Shown piece by piece: positions 1 to 9,949 of a DNA stretch of 64,000 bases (its first letter is position 1; each line of letters begins with the position of its first letter). The notes under the pieces are model-generated. The model was not told the origin of the DNA. It made no database searches and saw nothing but the letters and a program-made list of their open reading frames with translations. The position numbers were made by a program, and so were the translations under genes. This stretch comes from Flavobacteriales bacterium UBA3364 (GTDB taxonomy: Bacteria > Bacteroidota > Bacteroidia > Flavobacteriales_F > PHOS-HE28), in contig DEQO01000196.1 of the NCBI GenBank assembly GCA_002360495.1, positions 5,638 through 69,637 on the forward strand. The letters run 5' to 3'.

Positions 1-287
1 ACGGAGCCCGGCTGGGCGGTCTTCTCGTTGATGCCGGTATCCACCGTGTACACCGCCGTGCCCGGGGTCTTGTTGGGGCCGGTGAAGGTGACCACCACCT
101 GGCTCAGGTCCTTGCTCAGGGCACAGGTGAAGTTCGCCGGGTCGTAGCTCACCGTGAACTGCACCTGCGTGCTCGATCCGCTGACCAGGCCGTTCACCGA
201 CAGGTTCGTCGGATTCTGGGTGGAGCCGAATTTCACCGAGGTGTCCACGCCTTTGGAATTGCCTGCTTGAAGGTTGCTGAGTGCCAT
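1..287 (-). CDS. hypothetical protein, N-terminal part (gene runs off the left window edge)
   Basis: The reverse strand is open from the ATG (complement of 285-287) to position 1: MALSNLQAGNSKGVDTSVKFGSTQNPTNLSVNGLVSGSSTQVQFTVSYDPANFTCALSKDLSQVVVTFTGPNKTPGTAVYTVDTGINEKTAQPGSV. Codon use is GC3-rich like the neighbours. It is absent from the ORF track because it leaves the window. A degraded copy lies at 3098-3270. No family recognised. Confidence 0.5.
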   Translation of the reverse strand, partial: MALSNLQAGNSKGVDTSVKFGSTQNPTNLSVNGLVSGSSTQVQFTVSYDPANFTCALSKDLSQVVVTFTGPNKTPGTAVYTVDTGINEKTAQPGS

Positions 288-390
288 GGGGTGCGGTATT
301 TCAGGTGAATGTAACCGGAAATACCGAAGGACGCCTTCGCAGCCGGCAAGCTCATCCGATCACCGCAACGCCATGTGCGGACCAGCCCGC

Positions 391-990
391 CTAACAGGGC
401 AGCTCGTAGTCATCGTTGCGCTCCTGCAGGAACCAGAGCCAATGCATCGCCATCTCGGTGCCGCCACTGGAGTGGATGCTCATCCAGGTGGGCTTCCTGC
501 CTGGTACGTGGAGCTTCAGCAGGCCGGAGATGTAGAGGAGGTCCTCGTCGCAGAAGTAGCTCGTGTCCGCATGCGACCCGGCGAGCCCGCCGATGCACCT
601 GCTCATGGCCAGCACGTCGAAGCCACCATCCAGCGACTCCGAGGTGAGGCCGAAGCGCGTGTATCCATCGGCGTCCCCCTCCAGGGTCACGGACATGGTT
701 TGCGGATAGTCCTGGCCATCGCTGTCCAGCGCGTGCAAGACCACTTCGCCACGCCGCACCAACTGGCCGTTCACGGCAACGGGTTCAGTTTCCTGCCAGG
801 TCACGCTGTCCAGTATGCCCGGCGCCAACTGCCACGCACCGTGCGCCGCACCCTCCGGCAGCAAGAGCGCCGCGACGAATTCGTCCACATTACAACTCGG
901 GCTGGCGGCGACCGTTGCAGCGGGTGGCGCCGCACCGCCGCAACCGGACAGCAACACGACAAGGCCGAGGCAGGGGAGGATGGTTTTCAT
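391..990 (-). CDS. hypothetical lipoprotein
   Basis: Internal ATG of ORF 391..1215 gives MKTILPCLGLVVLLSGC, a signal peptide plus lipobox Cys. The upstream extension is Pro/Gly/Arg-rich and looks non-coding. Confidence 0.6.
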   Translation of the reverse strand: MKTILPCLGLVVLLSGCGGAAPPAATVAASPSCNVDEFVAALLLPEGAAHGAWQLAPGILDSVTWQETEPVAVNGQLVRRGEVVLHALDSDGQDYPQTMSVTLEGDADGYTRFGLTSESLDGGFDVLAMSRCIGGLAGSHADTSYFCDEDLLYISGLLKLHVPGRKPTWMSIHSSGGTEMAMHWLWFLQERNDDYELPC

Positions 991-1154
991 GGGGGAGTTG
1001 TTGCAGGCCACCTCACCATGTGCGAAGTGTGCAGTTTGTGCGAGCCTGGCAAGCCGAATGTAGATACACGGGGGCATTGATCGGTGGTGGCGGGGTGCGT
1101 GTGGGGCAGGGCCATCGCATGCCACACCCGTTTCCAGAGGCCGGGCGTTTTCCC

Positions 1155-1271
1155 GTTCGGGGAACCTGTCACCGGTCGCGGACCTGCCTGCGCCGTGCCC
1201 CACACCCGGCCCCATCGGGCACTACCTGGACCTTCCGGTCCCGCCAGGCATCGCGCCGCCCGCAGACCGGG
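1155..1271. repeat. 117-nt intergenic repeat, copy 1 (partner at 3281-3397)
   Basis: Hand alignment to 3281-3397 shows 9 mismatches in 117 nt. The ends are imperfectly inverted (ACCGGTCGCGG ... CCGCAGACCGG). It lies upstream of a plus-strand T9SS cargo gene. Confidence 0.8.
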
Positions 1272-1384
1272 CCAACACACACCGGCGTCGTTCTTGATCC
1301 GCATCAAGTTCGCAAGGCCGGTGCACGGGGGTACTTCGCACCGTGGGAGAGGGCCCTGTAACAAACACCTCCCCATCCCGTCCC

Positions 1385-2461
1385 ATGGACCTCACCCTTC
1401 TCCCCATGCGCCTTCCTTCCCTCTTCCTCGCCCTTGCCCTTGCCGGCACCGTTACCGCCCAGTGCGATCACAGCCCCACCATCACCCCGGTGGGCCTCAT
1501 CCTGTGCCCGTTCACCACGGCGGAGCTGACCACCCAGCAATACGATAGCTACCAGTGGTACAAGCAGGGTGTGCCCATCCCCGGCGCCACGCAGCAGACC
1601 CTCGCGGTGAACTTCCAGGCCGATGCCGGCTACCGCTTCCGCGTGGAGGGCACCCTCAACGGATGCACCGCCATCAGCGAGCAGGTGCTGGTGGACGGCT
1701 GGGCCTTCCCCACCCTGATGGCCACCAGCGGTGGCGATGCACCGCACACCATCGAGAACGGGGGCATCCTGCGCTACTGCCTGGGCGACACCGCCACGCT
1801 CACCCTCAACGCACCCTACACAGCGAACATCACCTGGTTCCGCGATGGCGTGGCCATGCCCGTCGTGGACGACCCCACACTGATGGTGACCGGCAGCGGC
1901 AGCTACACCGCCTGGGCCGCGCCGGGCCAGTGCCCCGATCTGGTCTTCTCCCTCGATGTGAGCATCACTCTGCTCTTCGATGATGTGCCCGTGCCCGTGA
2001 TCCAGAACATCGGCGGCGTGCTTTGCGCCTCCCCCTTCTCCAACGACTACGGCTGGTACCTCAACGGAGGCACAGAGCCCATCGACATCGGCACCTGCCA
2101 TGAACCCCAGGTGCCGGGCGCATACACCGCACGACGCATCACCACGGAGGAATGCACAGCACCCTCAGCGCCCTACCTGCACGTCATCACCGGACAGGCA
2201 TCCCTGGATGCGGACGACGCGTTCGCCGTGCACCTGCGTCCGGGTGACCTGCTGCAGGTGGAACGGCCTGCACATGCGGTGGACATCACCCATTGGCGCA
2301 TCACCGACCTGCAGGGACGCACCCTCCACACCGGACGCTTCCCGCTCACCGAACAGCTGCAGGTGCCGCTGGCCGACCTGGCCGCTGGCATATTCCTCTT
2401 CCAACCCCTCCGCGATGACGGCGGTGCGGCGATGGCCACGCGGTTCGTGCTGGCGCGCTGA
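1385..2461 (+). CDS. secreted Ig-like repeat protein with T9SS type A C-terminal sorting domain
   Basis: Signal peptide MDLTLLPMRLPSLFLALALAGTVTAQ (alternative ATG at 1406). Contains the motif YQWYKQGVPIPGATQQTL. The C-terminus WRITDLQGRTLHTGRFPLTEQLQVPLADLAAGIFLFQPL...RFVLAR resembles a Por secretion tail. Confidence 0.7.
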   Translation: MDLTLLPMRLPSLFLALALAGTVTAQCDHSPTITPVGLILCPFTTAELTTQQYDSYQWYKQGVPIPGATQQTLAVNFQADAGYRFRVEGTLNGCTAISEQVLVDGWAFPTLMATSGGDAPHTIENGGILRYCLGDTATLTLNAPYTANITWFRDGVAMPVVDDPTLMVTGSGSYTAWAAPGQCPDLVFSLDVSITLLFDDVPVPVIQNIGGVLCASPFSNDYGWYLNGGTEPIDIGTCHEPQVPGAYTARRITTEECTAPSAPYLHVITGQASLDADDAFAVHLRPGDLLQVERPAHAVDITHWRITDLQGRTLHTGRFPLTEQLQVPLADLAAGIFLFQPLRDDGGAAMATRFVLAR

Positions 2462-2512
2462 GCAGTGGGGGACTGAGGCGCTCGACGCCACCGGGAGCTC
2501 GTTGAGCAGCGC

Positions 2513-3028
2513 TCACTTGACCTTCAGCGGCTCGGTGCCCTGCACCACCACGCCGTGGCGGGTGAGGGTGTCCACCTTGTCGGGGTTGTTGGTGAGCAGG
2601 CGGATGCTGCGCACGCCGAGGTCCTGGAGGATCGCAGCGGCCGCGCGGTAGTCCCGCGCATCGCGGGCAAAGCCCACCGCCTCGTACGCATCCCCCTGGG
2701 CCAGGCCCGCGCGTTTGTGTGCGATGCTCTGCAACAACGCGTAATGGCCGTTGCCCTTGCCCTCCTGCTCCAGCCAGATCACCACGCCGCAGCCCGCCGC
2801 CTGGATGCGCGCCTGGGCCTGCTCCATCTGCTCGCGGCAGTCGCATTCCACACTGTTGAAGTGATGGCCGAAGATGCAGCTGCTGTGCACGCGGCACAGC
2901 AGCTCCTCACCCTCGCGCACATCGCCCATCACCAGGGCATGGCTCTGCGTGCGGCCATCGTAGTAAAGCACTTCGTGGAAGGTGCCGAAGCGGGTGCGGA
3001 GGTCGGCCGAGGCCAGGCGTGCGATCAT
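2513..3028 (-). CDS. ribA: GTP cyclohydrolase II family protein
   Basis: Start MIARLASADL (ATG at complement 3026-3028). Motifs RVHSSC, CDCREQ, WLEQEGKGNG and RLLTNNPDKV match the RibA signature (RVHSEC, CDC, QEGRGIG, RLLTNNPxK). Confidence 0.8.
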   Translation of the reverse strand: MIARLASADLRTRFGTFHEVLYYDGRTQSHALVMGDVREGEELLCRVHSSCIFGHHFNSVECDCREQMEQAQARIQAAGCGVVIWLEQEGKGNGHYALLQSIAHKRAGLAQGDAYEAVGFARDARDYRAAAAILQDLGVRSIRLLTNNPDKVDTLTRHGVVVQGTEPLKVK

Positions 3029-3097
3029 GGAGGTGGGTGATCTGGTGCGGTGTGGTGCAAAGGTGGTGCGGCACCCGCGTGCTGGATCGCCACCGCA

Positions 3098-3270
3098 ACG
3101 GAGCCCGGTGGGGCGGTCTTCTCGTTGATGCCGGTATCCACGGTGACCACCACCTGGCTCAGGTCCTTGCTCAGGGCACAGGTGACCTTCGCCGGGTTCT
3201 GGATGGAGCCGGATCTCACCGAGGTGTCCACGCCATTGGAATGGCCTGCTTATATGTTGCTGCGTGCCAT
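3098..3270 (-). pseudogene. degraded duplicate of the 5' end of the gene at 1-287
   Basis: Reverse strand reads MARSNI*AGHSNGVDTSVRSGSIQNPAKVTCALSKDLSQVVVTVDTGINEKTAPPGSV. It has an in-frame TAA (complement of 3250-3252) and two internal deletions relative to the copy at 1-287. Confidence 0.75.
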
Positions 3271-3280
3271 GGGGTGCGGC

Positions 3281-3397
3281 GTTCAGGGAACCTGTCACCG
3301 GTCGCGGACCTGCCTGCGCCGGGCCGCACATCCGGCCCCATCGGGCACCGCCTGAACCTTCCGGCCCCGCCAGGCATCGCGCCGCCCGCGGACCGGG
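3281..3397. repeat. 117-nt intergenic repeat, copy 2
   Basis: Partner of 1155-1271 (9 mismatches in 117 by hand). It ends 19 nt before the ATG of the 3417 gene. Confidence 0.8.
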
Positions 3398-3416
3398 TCT
3401 TCCTTAGCGAGGACCC

Positions 3417-5297
3417 ATGCGGATCCCCCCCGTCATACCGGCGATCGCCCTGGCCGCGACCTGTTCCGCACAAGTGCAGCATGGCTTCTGGCCCTTCGGC
3501 TTCAATGCGGGGCTGGACTTCAGCAGCGGCACGCCCGTGGCCATCAGCACGCCGCTCAGCACGGACGAAGGCTGTGCCAGCATCCGCGATGCCACCGGCC
3601 AGCTGCTCTTTTACACCAACGGCGAGAACGTATGGGACCGCAACGGCGCGGTGATGCCCAACGGCACGGGCCTCTTCGGCAATTTCAGCACCAGCCAGAG
3701 CGCGTTGATCGTGCCCATGCCGGACGATCCGCAGCGCTACTACATCTTCACCGCACCCGCCGAGGCCGGCACATGGAACGGGCAGCCCAACGCGGCGTAC
3801 AGCATCGTGGACATGAGCGCCAACGGTGGCAACGGCGACGTGGTGATCGCGAACGTGGTGCTGGACGGGCCCGTGACCGAGCGCCTCACCGCCACACGCC
3901 ATGCGAACGGCCGCGATGTGTGGGTGCTGTACCACGCCTGGGAGAGCGATGCCTACCTGGCCTACCTCGTCACCTGCCAGGGGGTGGAGGGTCCGGTGGT
4001 CACCCACATCGGGCGCAGCATGAACGGTAACCCCGACGGCTCGGGCGCCTCGATCATCGGCTGCATGCGCATCAACGACCAGGGCACCAGGCTGGCCAGC
4101 GCGTGGGGCAACCTGATCCCGTACAGCACCACGGACTGGTGGTCGTCCACCTACTTCGATGTGATGGACTTCGACAACAGCACCGGGCAGCTCAGCGACC
4201 TGCTCAGCGACAGCATCGGTGGCACGGCAGAGCTCTTCAGCCGCGGCTACGGGGTGGAATTCGCGCCCAACGGACACCTGGTGTACCTGAGCGACCACGG
4301 CCTGGAGAACGGCATCGGCTACAGCACCATCCGGCAGTACGACCTCAGCAGCACCGATCCCATGAGCACCGGGACGATCGTGGTGCAGGCGAACCGCGCC
4401 TTCGGATCGCTGCAGATGGCCCCGGATGGCCGCCTCTATGCCGCCCGCCTCAACGGCGCCACCTTCCTCAGCGCCATCCCAGAGCCGGATGTGGCGGGTG
4501 CCGGCTGCGGCTTCATCGACCAGGCCGTGGCCCTTACGAACCCCAGCACCTGGGGCCTGCCGAACCACTGGGACACTTATCCCACACCGCCGCCGGTCGA
4601 TCCCGTCGCGCTGCGCGATACGCTGCTGTGCGCCGGTGCGTCCGTGACGCTGGACGCCACCTGGACGCATCCCTTCCACACGCCCGCCTACCTGTGGAGC
4701 ACCGGCGAGACCACCGCCAGCATCACCGTGAGCAGCGGTGGCCGGTACACCGTGGAAGTGCAACTGCCGTGCAGCACCCTCGTGGACACCGTGGAGGTGC
4801 GCCATGGCGGGCCGGCCTTCTCCCTGGGCGACGAGGTGAGCACCTGCGATGATGTCCCCGCCACCCTGGACCCCGGGCCCGTGCAGGGCATCCTGCACTG
4901 GAGCACCGGCGACACCACCCGCACCCTCACCGTGCAGGAGGCCGGCACCTACACGCTGTTCGTGACCGACACCGCCGGATGCACCGCGAGCGATGCCGTC
5001 ACCGTGCACACCCGCAACTGCCGCTGCCCGCTGTACCTGCCCAACAGCTTCACGCCCAACGGCGACGGCATCAACGATGTGCTGGCCGCAGGCATGGACT
5101 GCACGCCCACCGCCTTCGCGCTGGAGCTCTACGATCGCTGGGGGCGCAGCCTCCATCGCACCACCGACCCGGCCTTCACCTGGACCGGCGACGACCTGCC
5201 CGTGGGCGTCTATGCCTACACGCTGGACTACGCCTGGCAGGCACAGGAGGGCATGCGCCGCGTGCGGCGCAACGGCAGCATCACGCTGGTGCGGTAG
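3417..5297 (+). CDS. secreted protein with gliding-motility-associated (T9SS type B, CHU_C-like) C-terminal domain
   Basis: Signal peptide MRIPPVIPAIALAATCSAQ. C-terminus: CPLYLPNSFTPNGDGINDVL...YDRWGRSL...VYAYTLDY...RNGSITLVR. Confidence 0.8.
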   Translation: MRIPPVIPAIALAATCSAQVQHGFWPFGFNAGLDFSSGTPVAISTPLSTDEGCASIRDATGQLLFYTNGENVWDRNGAVMPNGTGLFGNFSTSQSALIVPMPDDPQRYYIFTAPAEAGTWNGQPNAAYSIVDMSANGGNGDVVIANVVLDGPVTERLTATRHANGRDVWVLYHAWESDAYLAYLVTCQGVEGPVVTHIGRSMNGNPDGSGASIIGCMRINDQGTRLASAWGNLIPYSTTDWWSSTYFDVMDFDNSTGQLSDLLSDSIGGTAELFSRGYGVEFAPNGHLVYLSDHGLENGIGYSTIRQYDLSSTDPMSTGTIVVQANRAFGSLQMAPDGRLYAARLNGATFLSAIPEPDVAGAGCGFIDQAVALTNPSTWGLPNHWDTYPTPPPVDPVALRDTLLCAGASVTLDATWTHPFHTPAYLWSTGETTASITVSSGGRYTVEVQLPCSTLVDTVEVRHGGPAFSLGDEVSTCDDVPATLDPGPVQGILHWSTGDTTRTLTVQEAGTYTLFVTDTAGCTASDAVTVHTRNCRCPLYLPNSFTPNGDGINDVLAAGMDCTPTAFALELYDRWGRSLHRTTDPAFTWTGDDLPVGVYAYTLDYAWQAQEGMRRVRRNGSITLVR

Positions 5298-5422
5298 CTG
5301 CACCGAAGGGCTCGGCCACGCTCCTCACCCCAAGGCCGATCAGCGCAGGCGTTGATGCCATGGGACAGCACTGGGCTGGACTTCCTTTCGCTGGTGCCTG
5401 CCGGGGGGCAGGCGGCGATGGA

Positions 5423-5453
5423 GGGGGTGGGGGATGGTGGGCCGACGGAGTAG
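5423..5453. repeat. 31-nt direct repeat, copy A
   Basis: GGGGGTGGGGGATGGTGGGCCGACGGAGTAG. Copy B at 9950-9980 differs at 2 positions. Confidence 0.75.
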
Positions 5454-5597
5454 CTACGCAGGCGCAGGGTCTCCTGCGGAAGCCCCTGAGGAGGTTTTGA
5501 AATGGCCGTTACGCGGTGTGCCATGCGGATCAACTTCATGTTCAACTTTGAGCCTGACCGTAGGCCCACTTCGGACGACCTTCGGCGGCTGTACAAA

Positions 5598-6062
5598 ATG
5601 AACTACATGGATCTTGCATCACTTTCGGAATGGGCAGGGGTGACTGCTGCAATCGCAACAACCATTAGCATACCTGTTGCGGCATTCGCACTCCTGCAAT
5701 CACGACGACAAGCCCAGACGGACTTTGAAGACAACCTTAACGCGCAGTACAGAGCAACTATCCGCGAAATTCCAATAGATGCTCACTTGGGAAAGCCCTT
5801 GAATGAGGATTGCCTGAAAAAGAACATGCTTGACTTCTATCACTACATCGACTTGACCAACGAGCAGGTCTTCCTGAGAATGGAAGGCCGGGTAAGTACG
5901 AAGACCTGGAGAAACTGGTGCGACGGCATCAGTAACAATCTTGCGAAGCCTGGTTTTGCAGAAGCGTGGAAAGTGATCAAGGTCTGTTCCGAAAACAGCT
6001 TTAATGAATTGCGCAGACTTGAGAGCGACGGATACAAGAGCGACCCGAAGAGATGGACATGA
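5598..6062 (+). CDS. hypothetical N-terminally membrane-anchored protein
   Basis: ORF 5502..6062; the ATG at 5598 gives MNYMDLASLSEWAGVTAAIATTISIPVAAFALLQSRR (one TM helix) followed by a soluble ~120-aa domain. Lies in AT-richer DNA. No family recognised with confidence. Confidence 0.45.
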   Translation: MNYMDLASLSEWAGVTAAIATTISIPVAAFALLQSRRQAQTDFEDNLNAQYRATIREIPIDAHLGKPLNEDCLKKNMLDFYHYIDLTNEQVFLRMEGRVSTKTWRNWCDGISNNLAKPGFAEAWKVIKVCSENSFNELRRLESDGYKSDPKRWT

Positions 6063-6372
6063 TAACCGCTATTGGGAGGATTGATAGGCAGCCAATTCCC
6101 CTTCCCCATGCGCTCCATGAACGAACGGCTATCGACAGTCGAACGGACTAAATGGGGACTGGCTGCGCTTTAGATCGATGGGGATGACCCTCCCAATGGT
6201 AAAAATGTACACATACGCTGATGCCAGTTGCTCTATCGTATGAGCTACCGGTCAAATGTGCTTGCAACTCCGCGAGCTGAATTTCACCATATATCATCGA
6301 GTGATGTCACTCCCCGTTTCGCAAGGCACCAAAGCCGGACTTCGATGACGAGCTCTGAAAGGGCTCTGACAT

Positions 6373-9300
6373 TCACTCCACTACTAAGCGCCGCACGAAG
6401 TCTTCCCCTCGAACTATGTAAACGGCTGTCGGCAGACCGTTGAGATCGAACTGAACCATGCGGCCAATCCCCTTCTGAAGAATGCGTCCAGTGACATCGA
6501 GGACCTCAACAAACCCTGCGGTGGACTGTATTACCGTAATCGTACGAAGGTCTTGGTAATAGGTAATGGTGGTGGTTGCTGTGCTGTGATCGACCACGCC
6601 GGTAATGAGACCACTGCATAGGCAATCGGCGCCGATCACATCGTTGGTGGTGTTCGGGTCGCCATCGTCACAGCCGGATCCGATCTGACCGGCCACTTTC
6701 GGGCAGTCGTCCAGGGTATCCACAATACCATCACCATCGCTATCCGGCCCGATGAGCCCCTTAACGATATAGGGCGAAAGTGTGCTGCCAGCATAGCCGA
6801 AGGAACCCCCGACGATAAGTTGCCCGTCCGAATCGATAGCAAGAGCGCGGACATCCCCCGACATTCCACTGCCCAATGCAGACCAGTTGTTACCATCCCA
6901 TTTCGCAATACGCCTTGCGACCAACCCGCCTGCATAGTCAAAGTTCCCACCGACGTAGATGTCCGAGCCGTTAGCCACAATGGCATACACAAACAAGTCG
7001 ACCCCGGCACCGAGGTTGGACCAACTACTACCATCCCACTTCGCGATGCGGTTAGCGGCTACCCCACCTGCGGTGGTAAAGCCCCCCGTGACATAGAGGT
7101 CAGTTCCACTCACAGCCAATTCCCCAATGGAATTATTGGTACCGACACCAAGGGCGGACCAACTGGTGCCATCCCATTTGGCAATGTTGTTTACAGGAAG
7201 CCCACCGGCCGAGACAAAGAAGCCTCCAACATATAGATCCGAGCCAATAACAGCCATGCCGCCTACACCCCCCCCAAAAGTTGAACTAAAACCCAATCCT
7301 GAACCCAATGCTGACCAACTGCTACCATCCCATTTCGCGATGTTATTGACAGTTACACCGTCCATAGAAGCAAAGTTTCCACATGCATAGAGATCTGTTC
7401 CTATTACGACCAATGCATTTACCGACCCCCCATAATCCGTTCCTGTCCCCAATGCCGACCAACTATTTCCATCCCACTTTGCGATGCCGTTGCAAGGAAG
7501 CCCACCTGCCGTGGTGAAGTAGCCTCCAGCATAGAGGTCCGTGCCGATCACAGCCATTGCTCTGACGCTACAGCCGCCCCAGCCGGTCATTCCGGAGCCT
7601 AACGCCGACCAGCTGCTTCCGTTCCACATCGCAATGTGCTTTGCTGATAACCCGCCCGCTGTTGTGAATAAGCCACCTGCATAGAGAATCGATCCACTGA
7701 CCGTAATCGATTCAATAGCATCATCAATGCCAGTGCCAAGGACCGACCAATTGCTGCCATCCAGTTTCGCGATGTTTTCCGCAACACCACCTCCTAATAG
7801 TGTGAAAGGCCCACCCCCCCCGGCAAAAAAATCTGTACTTGACCATGCCAGTGTATAAACGGTGGGATTCGAGCCAGTACCCACGGGCGACCAGCCTATG
7901 CCATCCCATCTGGAAATGCTATTCGCAACACCACCCGACGGATAGAAATCACCACCAACATAGAGATCCGTTCCGCGCATCGCCAGCGCGTAAACAATAT
8001 AATTCGTCCCCTCGCCCAGTGCTGACCAGCTACTGCCGTTCCATTTCGCAATGTTGTTCGCCGCGATCCCTCCGGCCGTGGTGAAATTCCCACCTGCGTA
8101 AACATCCGTTCCGCTAACCACTATGTCGTTGACCACCACATTATTCAGGCTACCAACACCCACACCCAAAGGCGTCCAAGTGCTTCCATTCCATTTGGCA
8201 ATATGGTTGACCAGGTTTCCTCCGGCCGTTGTGAAACTGCCACCTACGTATACGTTAGGCCCATCCACAGCAATCGCCGCTACTGGATCGTTTACACCGC
8301 TGCCCAAAGCCGACCAGGTACTACCGTTCCATTTGGCCACGTTGTTCGCGGCAAACCCACCTGCATTAGTAAACCGCCCACCGACATAAAGATCCGAACC
8401 ACTTACCGCCAACGCAGATACGTTATTGGTGATCAATTCGTTGAGTCCGGAGCCCAACGCCGACCAGTTGCTTCCATCCCATTTGGCGATGTAATTCGAC
8501 AACACGCCACCAGCAGAGGTAAAACGACCGCCAGCATATATGTCATTACCACTATGGGCTAAAGCGAGGACCTCATCATTCGTCCCATCGCCAACGGCGG
8601 ACCAAGTGCTACCATCCCATTTCGCAATGTTGTTCGCAGCGACGGTGCCTGCGATAGAGAACCAACCCCCAACATACAAATCGTCGTTCTGATCCACAAT
8701 GGCAGCCTTCACCCAGCCACTAGTACCAGGAAGGCCTGGATTCAAGCTCACCCAGTTGGCATCGCTGAAGGTGGGATCGATACGCACCGGATAGACGGCC
8801 TCTTCATCGGCAACGCGCATGACCAAGCATGAAGGGAAGCGTACATCCAAAGAGGCGACGAGCTCTTGACCCATTGCATCCGTCACGCGCACCCTATTGT
8901 AGACAAGCTTGCGACCTGTCTCACCCATTGTGAGCAATACGCCATCGGCAGCCGCTGCTGCTTGTGCACCGCACAGCTCCAGTTCAACCATCAGATCACC
9001 TGCACCCGATGGGCGTTCTGCGATGATGAAGTCCTGTCTCACGCCATCCGCACTGACCGAGTATTCCTCCACCAGACCCGTGCGCCCGAATGTGACCAGT
9101 TTCTCGTCCACCACAACGGTGCCCGAGGTGGGCAGAGCCACGATAGACCCAGACCGTCCGAATGCACTTGATCTCAATTGCAGCGTATCACCTTTTCCAG
9201 AAGTGGATATCAACGTAAGGCCATCCTGGCTCACCGTTCCCGCCAACTTCTGGAAGCCTGCGCGCAAGAATGCCCCTGTTTGGCTAGGGCTGATGCCGAT

Positions 9301-9504
9301 GGCATCACCCGTATAACCGGCCGTCGCCATATCACCGATCCGTGCCCAAGGCATTGGTTCACTAGCCACGCTGTGAGATGATGAGCTCTTCTCCTTTGAA
9401 AACGACACGGACTCTTCACTCGATGCGACCCATTGCCCGGTGGTAGGCCCGCCGGTAATCAAGACGCAGAGGGCGGCGAAAAAAAGCTGCTTCTGTTGAG
9501 ACAT
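6373..9504 (-). CDS. beta-propeller-type repeat protein with T9SS type A C-terminal sorting domain
   Basis: Start MSQQKQLFFAALCVLITGG (ATG at complement 9502-9504). I count 13 copies of a ~47-aa repeat (NNIAKW[DN]GS.WSALG.G...V.AL.V.G.DLYVGG.FT.AGG). Also has a DSDGDGIVDTLDDC calcium-binding-like motif and the C-terminal tail ITVIQSTAGFVEVLDVTGRILQKG...YIVRGEDFVRRLVVE. Confidence 0.8.
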   Translation of the reverse strand: MSQQKQLFFAALCVLITGGPTTGQWVASSEESVSFSKEKSSSSHSVASEPMPWARIGDMATAGYTGDAIGISPSQTGAFLRAGFQKLAGTVSQDGLTLISTSGKGDTLQLRSSAFGRSGSIVALPTSGTVVVDEKLVTFGRTGLVEEYSVSADGVRQDFIIAERPSGAGDLMVELELCGAQAAAAADGVLLTMGETGRKLVYNRVRVTDAMGQELVASLDVRFPSCLVMRVADEEAVYPVRIDPTFSDANWVSLNPGLPGTSGWVKAAIVDQNDDLYVGGWFSIAGTVAANNIAKWDGSTWSAVGDGTNDEVLALAHSGNDIYAGGRFTSAGGVLSNYIAKWDGSNWSALGSGLNELITNNVSALAVSGSDLYVGGRFTNAGGFAANNVAKWNGSTWSALGSGVNDPVAAIAVDGPNVYVGGSFTTAGGNLVNHIAKWNGSTWTPLGVGVGSLNNVVVNDIVVSGTDVYAGGNFTTAGGIAANNIAKWNGSSWSALGEGTNYIVYALAMRGTDLYVGGDFYPSGGVANSISRWDGIGWSPVGTGSNPTVYTLAWSSTDFFAGGGGPFTLLGGGVAENIAKLDGSNWSVLGTGIDDAIESITVSGSILYAGGLFTTAGGLSAKHIAMWNGSSWSALGSGMTGWGGCSVRAMAVIGTDLYAGGYFTTAGGLPCNGIAKWDGNSWSALGTGTDYGGSVNALVVIGTDLYACGNFASMDGVTVNNIAKWDGSSWSALGSGLGFSSTFGGGVGGMAVIGSDLYVGGFFVSAGGLPVNNIAKWDGTSWSALGVGTNNSIGELAVSGTDLYVTGGFTTAGGVAANRIAKWDGSSWSNLGAGVDLFVYAIVANGSDIYVGGNFDYAGGLVARRIAKWDGNNWSALGSGMSGDVRALAIDSDGQLIVGGSFGYAGSTLSPYIVKGLIGPDSDGDGIVDTLDDCPKVAGQIGSGCDDGDPNTTNDVIGADCLCSGLITGVVDHSTATTTITYYQDLRTITVIQSTAGFVEVLDVTGRILQKGIGRMVQFDLNGLPTAVYIVRGEDFVRRLVVE

Positions 9505-9949
9505 GCTGGATGACTTAGAGATGGAATGCAAATGGGTATGCAACGAGCTGAAGACGAAGTTAATCTTCGCACTATACCCATGCAGGGTCTGAACTTTTGC
9601 CTCTTTACTGACGCGGGAGATCCTGGTCCATGGCGTGAAATGAAAGCCCGGTGCATTGCCAACAGCGGTATCGGGGGCTGCCATTACTGCCACGTAGTGT
9701 GCTTTGCCTACTACATTCAAGTGCAACTTTGAGTTGGGCTGCATTGACGCATTCAGCGCAGCGCTGAGGAGCTTTTCGTTGAAGTGTACGCGCACTGGAC
9801 ATCATTAGGGGGTCTGGAGTGATTTGTTCGCGGCTCATGGGCCTTTGCACCCCCGAGGCTAGTTGCATACTTATCGCAACACGTATCCCATGGCCGGACT
9901 GCTGCACGACCACAGGCCCTACGGAGCGAACAATGACATTTGCGGGAGC

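Noticed and set aside
3216-5303. 695-aa minus-strand ORF antisense to the 3417-5297 T9SS gene
   Set aside because: It is an Ala/Gly/Arg/His-rich low-complexity translation lying exactly opposite a gene with a clear signal peptide and CHU_C domain. This is a typical high-GC shadow ORF.
6228-6255. tRNA-like fragment (reverse strand GACCGGTAGCTCATACGATAGAGCA resembles an acceptor plus D-arm)
   Set aside because: The downstream sequence gives no complementary anticodon stem, no T-arm (no GTTCGAATC-like motif) and no acceptor 3' half. At most it is a decayed tRNA 5' remnant, possibly an old att site. It is not a gene.
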